A stretch of DNA of 64,000 bases from the NCBI GenBank assembly GCA_951406725.2, contig OX597832.1, positions 44,950,001 to 45,014,000 of the forward strand, read 5' to 3'. Source of the DNA: Octopus vulgaris. Its lineage: Eukaryota. How positions within the stretch are numbered: position 1 is the stretch's first letter; the number at the start of each line of letters is the position of its first letter. This document shows positions 37,701 to 51,553 of the stretch, in pieces. The notes below the pieces were generated by a model. That model was not told the origin of the DNA, searched no databases, and saw nothing but the letters and a program-made list of their open reading frames with translations. A program made the translations under genes and the position numbers.

Positions 37701-39602
37701 GCAAAGTCGACCTCGGCGGAATTTGAACTCAGAATGTAACGGCAGACGAAATACGGCTACGCTTTTCGCCCGGCGTGCTAACGTTTCTGCCATCTCGCCA
37801 CCTTATATGCTATGATGTATACCTGTGCCCTTAGCACCATATGTCAATACGAAAGGACCTTTCAAGGCGAATACCGCTGTATTCAATGTTCTGATAATAC
37901 ATTTACTTTAAGTAGAATATGAAGATTGCCGTATGTGTATGTGTTTATGTTTGTGTGTAGAGAGTGGATGGAACTTGTGGACAAAGTACTGAGGGACAAT
38001 GTCAGGTCACTGCATTTTTCAGATGAAATGACAAAGAACCAGGATATCTGGGACCTTCCTGTACTTGAGAAGACCCATCCTCCACAGCAGAAGCATTAAG
38101 GCCATTCCCCTTGGTGAAGAGGATTGGCCTACAAGAGTCCTGTGCCAGTGCCACATTCAAAGCACCCAGAACACACTGTGTAAAGGGGTTGGCATTAGGA
38201 CCTGGTGCAGCTCTCTGGCTTGCCAGCTCTGTTCAAACTGTCCAACCCATGCCAGCACGGAAAACGGACTTTAAAGGATGTCTATGTGTATGAATGTTGA
38301 CATCCCATGGCTGCTTTAGTGAAATAGTGATTTGATGCTTATACTCCTTATTAACACTTTGACCTGTCACTCTGGTTTTAACCCTTTTGTGTTCAGATTA
38401 TTCTGTCAAATGTGATGTTTGTTTATCTATGTTGTTTTGAATTAATCCTGCATTATCTTGTAGTTTAGAGATTGCAGTGATGTGGTCCTTTTAGTTTTAG
38501 AATGACATGGTAGGGCTGAAGTCAGTTTCAATATAAAACTGGTTAAATATTCTGGCCGGATATGGCCGGTTTGAATGCTAAAGGGTTAAACACCTGTGGA
38601 ATAATAAGTCCTCTACTTGAAGAGCAGGTGTGGGCTAATGACAGGAAGAACATCCAGCTGTAAAATCCTGTTTCACATACATGCCTACTTAACCGAGGTT
38701 ACCATGCCTACTTAACTGGCCATTAAACAAAGCATAATTTTCATCATCATCATCATCATCGTTTAGCGTCCGCTTTCCATGCAAGCATGGGTTGGACGAT
38801 TTTGACTGAGGGCTGGCGAATCAGATGGCTGCACCAGGCTCCAATCTTGATCTGGCAGAGTTTCTACAGCTGGATGCCCTTCCTAACACCAATCACTCCG
38901 AGAGTGTAGTGGGTGCCACTGGCATGGGGGCCAGTCAGGCGGTACTGGCGATGACCTAGCTCGAATTGGCAATGACCTTGCTCGAATGGCAGGTCAATTT
39001 TAGCAATAAAATATATTCGTACTCTTGCAATACAGTGTATATTAGAACTAAACGTATTTTCTACTGAAATTTTATCTCTAGTATATAAAATTAGTAATAT
39101 TGTTTTTCTCTTAGATTGCCAAAAACACTTTTCAGAAGCAAAATCAGTGAGATGACATTTAGAATACAAGCAATAAGCAGCGATAGATGACGCAGATACA
39201 CCACACCACCACCATCATCACGACCATCATCATCATCATTATCTAATATCCATGTTCATGCTGGCATGGGTTAGATGGGTTGATGTATTGGGCGCCAGAG
39301 ACCAGCGTCATGCTCTAATGTCTGCCTTTGCATGGTTTCTGCTGAAATACCCTTTTGTGCTATGGATTTATACATGTGGTTAGATGTCTGTGTGTGTGCA
39401 TGTATTTACATTCTATTTTCTTGCACAAAAAGCATTAAGCAAGAAAGTACTCCTGCTTGTTGAAATACCTTGCTTACCAACCACATGGTTCCGGGTTCAG
39501 TCCCACTGCATGGCACTTTGGGCAAGTGTCTTCTACTATAGCCTCGGGCCGACCAAAGGCTTGTGAGTGGATTTGGTAGACAGAAACTGAAAGAAGCCTG
39601 TC

Positions 39603-39636
<34 letters not shown>

Positions 39637-41509
39637 CGGGAAGCTTTATGAAAATAGACAAAAGACGAAGGCAGGTGGGAAACAAACGTGTGTGTGTGTG
39701 TGTATATGTTTGTGTCTGTGTTTGTACCCCAACATTGCTTGACAACCGATGTTGGCGTGTTTACATCCCTGTAACTTAGTGGTTCAGCAAAAGAGAGACC
39801 AATAGAATAAGTACTAGGCTTACAAAGAATAAGTCCTGGGGTCGATTTGCTCGACCAAAGGCGGTGCTCCAGCATGGCCACAGTCAAATGACTGAAACAA
39901 ATAAAAGAGTAAAAGAGTAAGAAAAAAGATCATCCTGACAAATGGGTGGAGGGGAAGAGTCCATTAATTAATTAAAAAAAACAGGTGTGGGTTTTTGACA
40001 GAAAAGTCATCAAGCTGTAAAATAGGGTCTCAGTAATGAATAAACACTATAGTCAATCATTGAAAAATTAAAAAAAAAAAAAAATTGTTCTGTTAAAAAG
40101 GCTTTTCTCCTTAATCTAAAATCACAAAATCCTTGTTTGACATGATAAAACATAAAGTGATGTTTGAGTAGATTATAAAAGTTAAATTCTTTTTTTTCTT
40201 TTGGTGGGGGTTTCCATTTTATTATTATTATTATTATTATCATCATCATTATTATTATTATTATTATTTGAAGTAGTAGGTTATAGATCCTTTATTATAA
40301 CCAGCTTGGGCTTTGGTTTTTCTTTATATTTTTTAATTAGCCAAAACTAATTAAAGTGGCGTTACTTAAAGTTAATTCTGTTGGACAACATGTATGTTTC
40401 GCATAAGAAGTGATGCAGTTCTGAAAGATGCGTGAAAAAGCAATTTTCACTTGAAATGTTATTCTTAATTGGAAAAAAGGAAAAACAAAGGGGATACCTA
40501 GTAGTAATTTTAAGTGACCCTTCAAGGAAAAAGGAGAGATAATTTCAAGAAGTTAAAAATTAATTTCACAAAATTAATATGTTATGGGGGAAATCTCATC
40601 TTTGTTAGTAGGTATCAGATTGGAGTCTGGTTCACCAGACCTCAGTCAAATCGTCCAACCCATGCTAGGGTGTGTGTACTCTGGCAGAGTTTCTACAGCT
40701 GGATGCCCTTTCTAACGCCAACCACTCCTAGAGTGTAGTGGGTGCTTTTACGTGCCACCGGCACGAGGGCCAGTTTGGTGGTACTGGCAACGGCCACGCC
40801 CAAATGGTGCTTTTTATGTGCCACCTGCACAGGAGCCAGTCCAGCGGCACTGGCGACGACCTCACTCGAATGTTTCATGTGCCATCAGTACTGTCATCAA
40901 TAAATCTGTAGCCTTCTGATAATGTTGGAAATTTGTATGAATTCAACACAAGCTGTTATTTCTTTTTGCTTACTTAAAGCTTGTGTGGTTAAGAAGTTTG
41001 CCTGCCAATCACATGGTTCTGGGTTCAGTCCCACTGCATGGCTCCTTGAGCAAGTGTCTTCTTCAATAGTCCCAGGTGAAACAAAACCTTTCAAGTGGAT
41101 TTGCTAATGGAAACTGAAAGAAACCTATCATGTATGTGTGTGTGTGTCTGTATCACTTTGTCTTGACATCACATGATTGTTGTAAATGAATGTCTGTCAT
41201 TTCCATTATGTTGCGATGACATTGTCTAGCCAAGGGAAAATATTGCTTTATTACCCCAGCTTAGAAACATGTAGAGTGTTGGCAATAGGAACAACACTTG
41301 GTCATGGGAAATCTGACAATCTTAGAAACAGGTAGGAACAGCATTTGGTCATGGAAAATCTGACAATCTAACCCAATAAATTTCGTCTGTTAGCATGGAA
41401 AAGTGAACATTAAAACGGTAAAGGTTATCAATGGGAAGGGTATTTGGTTATCGAAAATCTGATTCTGATAATCTGACTCCATAAACTCTTGGAAAAGTGG
41501 ACATTACAA

Positions 41510-41588
41510 CGATGATGATGATGATGATGGTGAAGATGATGATGATGATGATGGTAGTGATGATGATGATGATGGTGATGATGAATGG

Positions 41589-41619
<31 letters not shown>

Positions 41620-41655
41620 TGGTGATGGTGATGGTGATGATGATGATGGTGATGG

Positions 41656-41689
<34 letters not shown>

Positions 41690-41690
41690 T
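41510..41690. repeat. (GAT/GGT)n tract
   Basis: Direct. Confidence 0.9.
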
Positions 41691-42120
41691 GTAAGTGAGC
41701 TGTCTCTTTATTTTATTATTTGTAATATAATTTTTATTTTTTATTTTTAGGATATTACTAAATTGATTGCTTCATTATATACTTTTCTTGGCTTACCTCT
41801 TCCACTGATTAACTTATTTCAATTCTATCAATATTCACAATAATTTCACTATCCATTCTCTGCAGACATCGGTATCATTTCAGAACTGTCTGTTACTAAC
41901 AGCATTTTGATGCCTTTTATATATTTTATTTCTTTTCGCTATTATTATTATTAATTCTAAATATAGCCAACCCTTTAGAGCTTGCATAAGCAATCTAGTG
42001 AATTAGTCACTTCCATACTTACGTGGCTTTTCTTTTTTTTTTTTGTGTGTGTATCTGTGTAACTCTGACTCATTTTTTAATTTTTTGTGTCTGAAAGATT
42101 TTTCTCCCCTTTTATTTCAG

Positions 42121-42224
42121 TTGTAAAACTAACTGAAGATGAAGCGAAAGAGAACGAAAAAGATGTTCCTGCTAAAAGGAAGCTGAAAGAATCTTCTAAT
42201 AATAAGAAAAGGAAATGGAAAAGG
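42121..42224 (+). CDS. CMSS1: CMSS1 coding exon 2 (Lys-rich, NLS-like)
   Basis: Acceptor tttatttcag; (F)VKLTEDEAKENEKDVPAKRKLKESSNNKKRKWKR; donor gtaaaa. Phase 1 in and phase 0 out fit both neighbours. Confidence 0.8.
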
Positions 42225-42319
42225 GTAAAAAAAAATTTTTTAATTTTTCAGAAAAAATCATCTGAACAAAAGGAAAGCAAAAAAAAAAAAGCATTAAAAA
42301 AAATGATTTGAACCATATT

Positions 42320-42836
42320 CAGGTCGACTTTGCCTTTCATCCTTTCGGGGTAGATAAATAAAATACCAGTTTCGCACTGGGGTCGATGTAATCGACACTT
42401 AATCCCTTCATCTGTCCTTGTTTGTCCCCTCTGTGTTTAGCCCCTTGTGGGCAGTAAAGAAATAGGTATTTCGTCTGCCGTTACGTTCTGAGTTCAAATT
42501 CCGCCGGGGTCGACTTTGCCTTTCATCCTTTCGGGGTCGATAAATTAAGTACCAGTTACGCACTGGGGTTGATGTAATCGACACTTAATCCCTCTGTCTG
42601 TCCTTGTTTGCTCCCTTCTGTGTTTAGCCCCTTGTGGGTAATAAAGAAATAGGTATTTCGTCTGCCGTTACGTTCTGAGTTCAAATTCCGCCGGGGTCGA
42701 CTTTGCCTTTCATCCTTTCGGGGTCGATAAATTAAGTACCAGTTACGCACTGGGGTCGATGTAATCGACACTTAATCCCTTCGTCTGTCCTTGTTTGTCC
42801 CCTCTATGTTTAGCCCCTTGTGAGCAGTAAAGAAAT
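42320..42836 (+). mobile_element. SINE family C multimer (about 2.8 units, 187-bp period)
   Basis: Junction AAGAAATAG|GTATTTCGTCTG at about 42466 and 42653. Confidence 0.85.
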
Positions 42837-43810
42837 ACATATTCAGTTCGTAAAGTGTCACACACTTCACTGTATGAAATGTAAAGCATAAAACAAGCCT
42901 AAAGGGAGATAATTACTTGCTGGCTTCCATGTACCATTAATACGGTTTATTTCTTCTTATTGACCATCCTATCAAGAACTAAATTATTTAGTCAATACTA
43001 ATTTCCAGTTTTTTTTTCTTCTTTTACCTCTCGTTCTTCTCTTTTTCATTGGTTGTAATATATGTCAAGTCAGTCAGTAGCATTGGACTATCATTTGAAA
43101 CATTGTAGCGTCTATTATCAAGATATATTCACATACAGTTCAATTAGCTGTTAGTAGGTACCATTGAAAAACTACGGCTTACTACTGCAGCAGAGAGAGA
43201 GAGAGAGAGAATTTCGTGTAATTAACCTGCTATTTTTAAGATCAAGTCCTACTCGAAGAATGAGCTAAATCTGGTTGACTTTTTCCTATCCTAGCTACAT
43301 TACATAATGATGATGTTTTCAATGATAGCTTGATGATTCAGTAAGGTTTTAGGGGCTTGCCCCCACTATAAAAACTTTGCTGGCTTTAGCAAAAGCTGTT
43401 TGGTCTTTTGATATATATATATATTCTTTTATTCTTTTACTTGTTTCAGTCATTTGACTGCGGCCATGCTGGAGCACCGCCTTTAGTCGAGCAAATCGAC
43501 CCCAGGATTTATTCTTTGTAAGCCTAGTACTTATTTTATCGGTGTCTTTTTTATGTCCCCTAAGTTACGGGGACGTAAACACACCAGCATCGGTTGTCAG
43601 GCAATATTGTGGGGGGACAAACACAGACACACAAACATATACAGTTATACGACGGGCTTCTTTCAATTTCCGCCTACCAAATCCACTCACAAAGCTTTGG
43701 TCGGCCCGAGGCTATAGTAGAAGACACTTGCCCAAGGTGCCACGCAGTGGGACTGAACCCAGAACCATGTGGTTGGTAAGCAAGCTATTTACCACATAGC
43801 CACTGCTACA

Positions 43811-43851
<41 letters not shown>

Positions 43852-45295
43852 CATCATCTGAACGTGGCCGATGCCGGTGTCACGTAAAATGCACCAATCC
43901 GATCATAGCCGTAACCAGCCTTGCCTGGCACCTGTGCCAGTGGCACGTAAAAAGCACCCACTACACTCACGGAGTGGTTGGCATTAGGAAGGGCATCCAG
44001 CTGTAGAAGTACTGCCAGATCAGACTGGAACCTGGTGCAGCCTTCTGACTCCCAGATCTCCGGTCGAACCATCCAACCCATGCTAGCATGGAGAACGGAC
44101 GTTAAATGATGATGATATATATTAACAAGGTATTATCAATCCAGGCAAAATACTTTATAGACTCTCTGTTAGTACACCAGGCTAACAGTATTGTTTAGAT
44201 TAGTAAATAACTCCACATATTCTTGTGGCAGAGTTCAAGATTATAGTTCATCACCATTCTGTATTGTAAATGTAGGGTTGTGTTCCAGTTATACTGGTTT
44301 CTACACGGAGTGATGTATGTATGTGTATTTCGCTTAGGCAGTGAGATACTAATAACCAGGTGTAGAGCTCACTGTACATTATGCTTCTGAATGAAGCATT
44401 AGGGTGTGTACAGAGCAGAAGACCAGCAGTTGCCTATGCATACCAGCGTTTAACGTCTGTTTTCCAGGCTAGCATGGGTTGGATGGTTCGACCGGGGTCT
44501 GGGAAGCCAGGAGGCTGCACCAGGCTCCAGTCTGATCTGGCAGTGTTTCTACAGCTGGATGCCTTTCCTAACGCCAACCACTCCGTGAGTGTAGTGGGTG
44601 CTTTTCACGTGCCACCGGCACAGGTGCCAGGGGAGGCTGGCAATGGCCACGATCGGTTGGTGCTTTTTACGTGCCACTGGCACGGGCCAATGTAAACCAT
44701 AATTGAGAAATTTAGATTAAAGAGTTGTCTCTCAGAAAACTAACTACATTAGTAGTACAGTTTTTGGTTGGGTAGGACACCAAATTAATATTGGTTTCAA
44801 ATTTTGGCACAATGCCAGCAGGTTCAGGGGAGGGGGTAAGTCAGTTATACTGACCTTGGTGCTTAACTGGCGTTTATTTTATCGACCCCAAAAAGGATGA
44901 AAGGCAAAGTCGACCTTGGCAGAATTTGAACTCAGAACATCAGGACAGACGAAATGCTGCTAAGTTTTTTGCCCGGCGTGCTAACAGTTCTGCCAGCTCA
45001 CCGCCCGAGATCACATTAATATTAATATTATTGTTTCAAAGATTTGTAATTGTTACAAAATACATAAAAAACATTAGAAATATTGAATTTCTAAATATCT
45101 CAGACAGACATGAGCGGTGGTGGAGCAAAAGAGTGGTTGTATACTGTCAACATAACGTGACAGTCCCATAAAGGGAATTACACCACTGCTGTTTAGCCCT
45201 AAGAAGCATCGACGCTTCCTGTCGGCTTTGACACATTTCCTGTTTCCTTATATTTGCAAAGGGGAGGCAAGCACCCCCACCAGCTAGGATTAGCA

Positions 45296-45341
45296 CCTGA
45301 AGACATGCATGTTTCTGGGTCTTGCTCATCATCAGTCTAGG
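45296..45341 (-). ncRNA. Type I hammerhead ribozyme motif
   Basis: Minus strand CCTAGA-CTGATGA-TGAG-CAAGA-CCCA-GAAAC-ATGCAT-GTC-TTCAGG: intact core, palindromic stem III, GUC site. Confidence 0.65.
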
Positions 45342-46924
45342 ATAGTGAGACCTATTTTTTAAAAATCTGTTGTAACAAAACATTCTCGGTTTTACTGCAT
45401 CTGTTCTTGGAAGAAAGTGTAATATTTTGGCTCAAGGCCAGCAGGTTCAGGAGAGGGATAAGTCAATTAAATCAACCTCAGTGCTTAACTGGTACTTATT
45501 TTATCAACCCTGAAAGGGATGAAAGGCAAAAATCAACTTGGCACATAAAAAGCACCATCTGAACATGGCCGATGCCAGCGCCACCTCGACTGGCTTCTGT
45601 GCCGGTGGCACGTAAAAAGCACCATCCAAGCGTGGCACGTAAAAAGCACCATCCAAGCGTGGCCGATGCCAGCACTGCCTTGACTGGCTTCCGTGCCGGT
45701 GGCACGTTAAAAGCACCAACCAATTGTGGCCGCTGCCAGACTCCCCTGGCACCAGTGCCAGTGGCATGTAAAAAGAACCACTGATGGAGTGGTTGGTGTT
45801 AGGAAGGGCATCCAGCTGTAGAAACACTGCCAGATCAGACTGGAGCCTGGTCAAGCCTCCTGGCTCCCCAGACCCCAGTCGAACCGTCCAACCCATGCTA
45901 GCATGGAAAACGGACATTAAACGATGATGATGATGATGATAATGGTGATGAACATAAGGAAGGACAAAATGCAGCTAACCATTTTGCCCAGCGCACTAAC
46001 AATTTTGTCAGCGCACCACCCTAGATCAGATTGATATTAAATATTATTGTTTCGAAGATTGTAATTGTTACAAAATACACAAAACAACAAAAAAAGAAAT
46101 CTGTTGTAATAAAACATTATGGTTCTTGCTGCATCTGTCCTTGGAGCAAAGAGAAATATTTTGGCAAGCGACCAAGTACTCACTCATTCCTGTTGGAGGT
46201 TTGAAAATCAATATTTATTCATACCAGAGTAAATCCTCTTTGTTACATATTCGAATATGGTTATCTAACTATTTAGTGTACTGACCAGTTGTTTTCTAGA
46301 ATGTTTAATGTTCATCAACTGTGCCAGCAGAGAGGAAGAAAGTATTGTAGCCATTGGGACAATGGGGATGAGAGGCTTCCATACTAGAAAGAGCAGTCAA
46401 ATTCTTTCAACTCTCATCTCAACTGTTTTAAAAAACGAGACACACATTGGTGAAAGTAGTATTTGGAGGTGCAGCATTGATGTGTGATTAACAAGTTCTC
46501 TTCCCAACCAACCACATGGTTTTGGGTTCAGTCCCACTGTGTTGCCCTTTGGGTAAATGTCTTCTACTATAGCTTCGGGCTGACCAAAGTCTTGTGAGTG
46601 GATTTGGTAGACAGAAACTGAAAGAAGCCCATCATTTATGTATGTATTGTGTGTGTGTGTCTTTGTCTTGACATTGTGCAATAGTAAATGAGTATTGCTA
46701 TCATAAAGGCAGGGTCCTTCATACTAGTCATCTGTGAAAATACAGCTGGCCATGGAGGGTGGGGAATGTTACATTGCTTGGAAGCATTTGAGGGCTGGTG
46801 GACAGGAAAGGCTTCTGGTCATAGAAAATCTACCACAATAAATTCTGTCTGACCCATCCAGCCTTGGAAAAGTGAATGCTAAACAGATGATTTTTCTCAA
46901 ATGATGAGATGCCATGACTGGAAT

Positions 46925-47380
46925 ACCTATTTCTTTACTACCCACAAGGGGCTAAACACAGAGGGAACAAACAAGGACAGACAAACGGATTAAGTTGCTG
47001 GCAGAAACATTAGCACGCCGGGCGAAATGCGTAGCCGTATTTCGTCTGTCGTTACGTTCTGAGTTCAAATTCCGACGAGGTCGACTTTGCCTTTCATCCT
47101 TTCGGGGTCGATAAATTAAGTACCAGTTACGCACTGGGCTTGATGTAAACGACTCGATCCCTTTGTCTGTCCGTGTTTGTCCCCTCTATGTTTAGCCCCT
47201 TGTGGGCAATAAAGAAATATAAATTGACCCCAGTGCGTAACTGGTACTTATTTAATCAACCCCGAAAGGATGAAAGGCAAAGTCGACCTCGGCGGAATTT
47301 GAACTCAGAACGTAGCGGAAGACGAAATACCGCTACGCATTTCGCCTGGCGTGCTAACGTTTCTGCCAGCTCGCCGCCTT
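46925..47380. mobile_element. Family C SINE (+) nested inside a family C SINE (-)
   Basis: The minus copy is split into 46925-46995 and 47222-47380 by a plus copy at 46996-47218. Confidence 0.8.
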
Positions 47381-48788
47381 TGATCTTGTATTTGGTCATG
47401 GCTCACACCTTGGGCTGAACAGTATCACATACCATAGAAATGATAATTAATGTAATTATCATTATGTAGCAAAGATAATTGAATGTGTAATGTGGGAACT
47501 GTGGGAATTTAGTCTCATTGTAGCAATGATAATAACAGTGTGTTTGTTTACAATCCAGTGTGGAGAGCCTTGATAATGGTTGCTCAACTTGCAAGAAATA
47601 GCAGCTAAATCTCCCTCAAATCCTAACTCCCCCCCCCCACTATCTTAAATCTGGAAGATTACATGGATAATATAGTCTGTGATATAGAAAGAAAGACAGG
47701 GTGGTCATGGTCATTCAGGGCTGGGAATAAATAACAAGGACTAGTATGTGGAGGTTGGCTGAAACATTCAGTGGTTGACCAAGATACTTTCATGACCAAA
47801 TGAGGTCTATTTTCAACACAGTCCCCTTTGAGGTCCACACACTTCTTCCATCAGTATTGCAGTGCTTGGATCTCATTGGTGAAGAAGCTTTTATCCTGTT
47901 GGCCAAATTTTAAGTGTGACCTATGACCCAGTTTATTTTCACTCTTGCTTTGATAATACATGTGAAAAACTTAGGGTTTTGTCTTTAGTCCTTTGTAGAA
48001 AATAGGGTCCAGTCGCTTAGGATTAAGAAATACTGGCATGGCTGTGCGGTTAGTGAGTATCCTTCCCAACCATGTGGTTTCAGGTTCGATCTCACTGTGT
48101 GGCATATTGGGTAAGTGGCTTCATCTGTATGTAACCCCTGGTCAACTAAAGCCTTTTAAATGGATTTGGTAGATGGAAACTGAAAGTGCCCTGTCGTTTA
48201 TACATATATATGTGTGTTTGTGTTGGTGTGTTTACATCCCTGCAACTTAGTGGTTTGGCAAAAGAGACTAGTGGAATAAGTATTAGGCTTGAAACGAAAA
48301 TAAATACAGAAGTCAATTATTTTGATTAAAATTCAAGGTGGTGCCCCAACATTGTCTCAGTCTAAGTAAAGACTGAAACAAGTAAAAAAACATATCAAAA
48401 TATTGTTTTAACATCCACTTCTCTATGCTTGCATTGATCAGGTAGAAATCATTGATGCAAATTTGCTATGTTTGTTTAACCTTCCGTTAACCATCACCTG
48501 TTTCCAAGCAAGATATTTTCTCCATGATGAGACAGTTTTTTTTTTAACGTTTGCGTTGCATTGTGTTGACAGACTTGCACTTAAAATTTCCACATTATCA
48601 AAACTTGTTAGTTACTATAGTAACAACACTACCTATCTATCTATCTGTGTGTGTGTGTGTGTGTGTCTCTCTCTCTTTCTCTCTATTTGTTTCTGAACAA
48701 CTTTTTCTCTTCCCCATTTTTACCTCCTAAAGATACATCATAACAGGGATTATCTCCCCTTTTGATTCTTCCTTCCCTTCCTCTACAT

Positions 48789-48989
48789 CAGTGCTTTTCA
48801 AACTTTTTGCTGGAGCTGAACCCCAAGGAAACATTCCACTGGCTCGAGGAACCCCTGTGCAATAATTTAATAGTCTTATGCACACATATCTGCACAGGAG
48901 AATTAAAAATTACTGCCGATTTTAGCAGTTTTGTAACTTCTTGCAGAACCCCTAGACTGTACTGGCGGAACCCTGGCTGAAAACCACTG
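48789..48989. mobile_element. hAT (Charlie-like) MITE
   Basis: TIRs CAGTGCTTTTCA / TGAAAACCACTG; 8-bp TSD CTCTACAT / CTCTTCAT. Confidence 0.8.
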
Positions 48990-49439
48990 CTCTTCATAGA
49001 TGTTGTTATGGGTGTCTTCTCTTTTATAATATAAGATTGGAAATGAGCAATGCTCATTTACAAAACCCTGTGATGTCATTACATGGACATACACTTGCAT
49101 ATATACATATATATGTTGAGCTTCTTTAGGTTTCCATCTACCAAATCCACTTGCAAGGATTTGTTTGGTGCTGGGCTATAATAGAAGACACTTGCCTAAG
49201 GTGCTGTTCAGTGGGATTCCTTGTCTTGCCATTGTGTGGTAGTTGTAAACGAGTGTTGCCATCATATAAATAGTGTCATTCATTTCCAGACTTCTGGCCA
49301 TGAAGAAATATTGTGGTGCTTACAAATGGGAGGTTTGGTGTCAGAAAAGGCATCGACCTGCATCTAAGAACTCTGTGTAACCCATGCGAGCATGGAAAAG
49401 TGGAAATTAAAACAATGATATGAAAAATTTGTCAAACAG

Positions 49440-50213
49440 TCAACACTGATCTCAAAAAGTCTTCATGTGAACGCGACCTGGGTGTTATTGTCGACAGTGA
49501 TTTGCGTTGGACAAAACACATCGCTAAAATTGTCAAGAAGGCTGAGGGCGTCTTGGCATCACTCACCAAATCCTTTGTGAGCTGCTCTCCGACTATCTAT
49601 AGCTATGGTAAGACCTCACCTGGAATTTGCATCACCGGTCTGGAACCCCTATCTTGCCCAGGATATCAATCATCTGGAAGCCATTCAGCGACTTGCAACC
49701 AAAAGAATACCTTCCATCAGGCATTTGCCATATCCAGAACGCCTTACTTCCCTGAGCATGGACACATTGAAACTCCGACGTCTGGCAGCTGACTTGGCAG
49801 ATACCCATAAAATTATCAACCATCGTACAAACAATAACTCTGAGCACCTTTACAAACTCCACCCGTCTAACACCCGTGGACATATTTACAAAGTCAGAAA
49901 ACAGCACAGCTCCCATGACTTTAGGAAACATTTTTTTACGCTAAGGATTGCTGAAGTATGGAACAAACTGCCGGCATCAGTTGTTAGTTGTTGGAGCACT
50001 GCATCCTTCAAAACTTCCATGCTTTCTGAGATTCGCCAACACTACACCTGATTTCCTCCCCTCCATACACACACAACCATGTATCTGACTCATACATTGT
50101 TCGCTTTCCAGACATTTGTACATTACTGCATATGCTTTATATGCACTTTCTGACAAGTTGTGGTGCACCTGAGCACTGTATATAATAATTTCATTATTAT
50201 TATTATTATTATT
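49440..50213 (+). mobile_element. CR1-like LINE 3' fragment
   Basis: ERDLGVIVD, VRPHLEFASPVWNP, LEAIQRLATK, TRGH and VWNKLP motifs; 3' UTR ends in (ATT)n. Confidence 0.9.
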
Positions 50214-50418
50214 CTGTATTTTTAGTGCTTTTCATCATCATCATCGTTTAGCGTCCGCTTTCCATGCTGGCATGGGTTGGACGGTTCAACTGGGGTCTGG
50301 GAAGCCAGAAGGCTGCACCAGGCCCAGTTTGATCTGGCAATGTTTCTATGGCTGGATGCCCTTCCTAACGCCAACCACTCCAATTATTTATTAATTTTTT
50401 TTTTTAATGTATTTTCAG

Positions 50419-50551
50419 AGGAAAATAACAGAGGAATTAAAACAGAATGCTCCGAAACAAGGTGAAGCTAAGGATATGATAGCTGCCATCCAGAAACATT
50501 GTGAAGCCAAATTAACGGCCGCTGACTGGGAACAAATGAAACTCGATTCTG
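50419..50551 (+). CDS. CMSS1: CMSS1 coding exon 3
   Basis: Acceptor attttcag; RKITEELKQNAPKQGEAKDMIAAIQKHCEAKLTAADWEQMKLDS, similar to the human KKITDVLAKSEPKPG region; donor gtaaaa. Confidence 0.88.
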
Positions 50552-51553
50552 GTAAAATTAATTGCTTCTATGTTAATTAATTAATTAATTAATCCTTTAA
50601 CCCTTTAGCTTTCAGATTTCTTTGTGAAATGTATTGCTTATTCAATCATACTGTTTTGAATTAATCACATATTATTTTGCGATTTCAAAATATAAATGGT
50701 GTAGCTGTATATTTTTAAAAGGACATTGTAGGGTAGGTGTGAGTGGTTGGATACAGCCAGTTTTAACATAAAACAGGTGGAATATTTGGGCCAGATATGG
50801 CCGGATTAAATGCTAAAGGTTAATCATCCTTCTCCTTCTACTTTAGTTTAATGAAGCATTTTTTAAGAAATTGTTGGGAATAGGCGCAGGAGTGGCTGTG
50901 TGGTAAGCAGCTTTAGTCAAGCAAATGAACCCCAGGACTTATTCTTTGTAAGCCTAGTACTTATTCTATCCGTCTCTTTTACCGAACCACTAAGTTACAG
51001 GGACATAAACACACCAGCATCAGTTGTCAAACAATGTTGGGGGGACAAACACACACACATATATACAACGGGCTTCTTTCAGTTTCCGTCTACCAAATCC
51101 ACTCACAAGGTTTTGGTCGGGCCGAGGCTATAGTAGAAGACACTTGTCCAAGGTGGCACACAGTGGGACCGAACCCGGAACCATGTGGTTGGTAAGCAAG
51201 CTACTTACCACACAGCCACTCCTGCGACTGTCAAAAATTAGGTTTAAAAAATACAGGATTTTCTTTTTTCCAAATCTTAAGCCCCCAAAGTTGGGGTGTT
51301 CCTTATACACATTAAAATACGGTATATTTCTTGAAGACTATGAATAACCAGTAATGTTGAACATCTGTTCTCCTCTAATACTTATTTTATCGGTCACTTT
51401 TGCTGAACCGCTAAGTTACAGGGACGTAAACACACCAGCATCGGTTGTCAAAATTTGTTAGAAATTTGTTAGAGTTTCTTGTTTTATAGCTTAAAATTGT
51501 TAACTTCACCTGATATTTTTTTCTTTTTCTTTTTTTTCTTTTTTTTTTTCCAG

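Noticed and set aside
39101-39150. Extra CMSS1 cassette exon (also acceptor at 41750)
   Set aside because: Would shift frame or create an immediate stop; exon 1 to exon 2 phases already fit; no evidence without RNA data.
31749-42120. Nested antisense gene as with FILIP1L in vertebrate CMSS1 intron 1
   Set aside because: No long coiled-coil ORF or consistent minus-strand exon chain visible.
44366-44416. pre-miRNA-like hairpin
   Set aside because: Short stem with a large asymmetric bulge; no recognisable mature miRNA.
49605-50051. 148-aa ORF as a host gene
   Set aside because: It is the C-terminus of a truncated CR1-like LINE ORF2.
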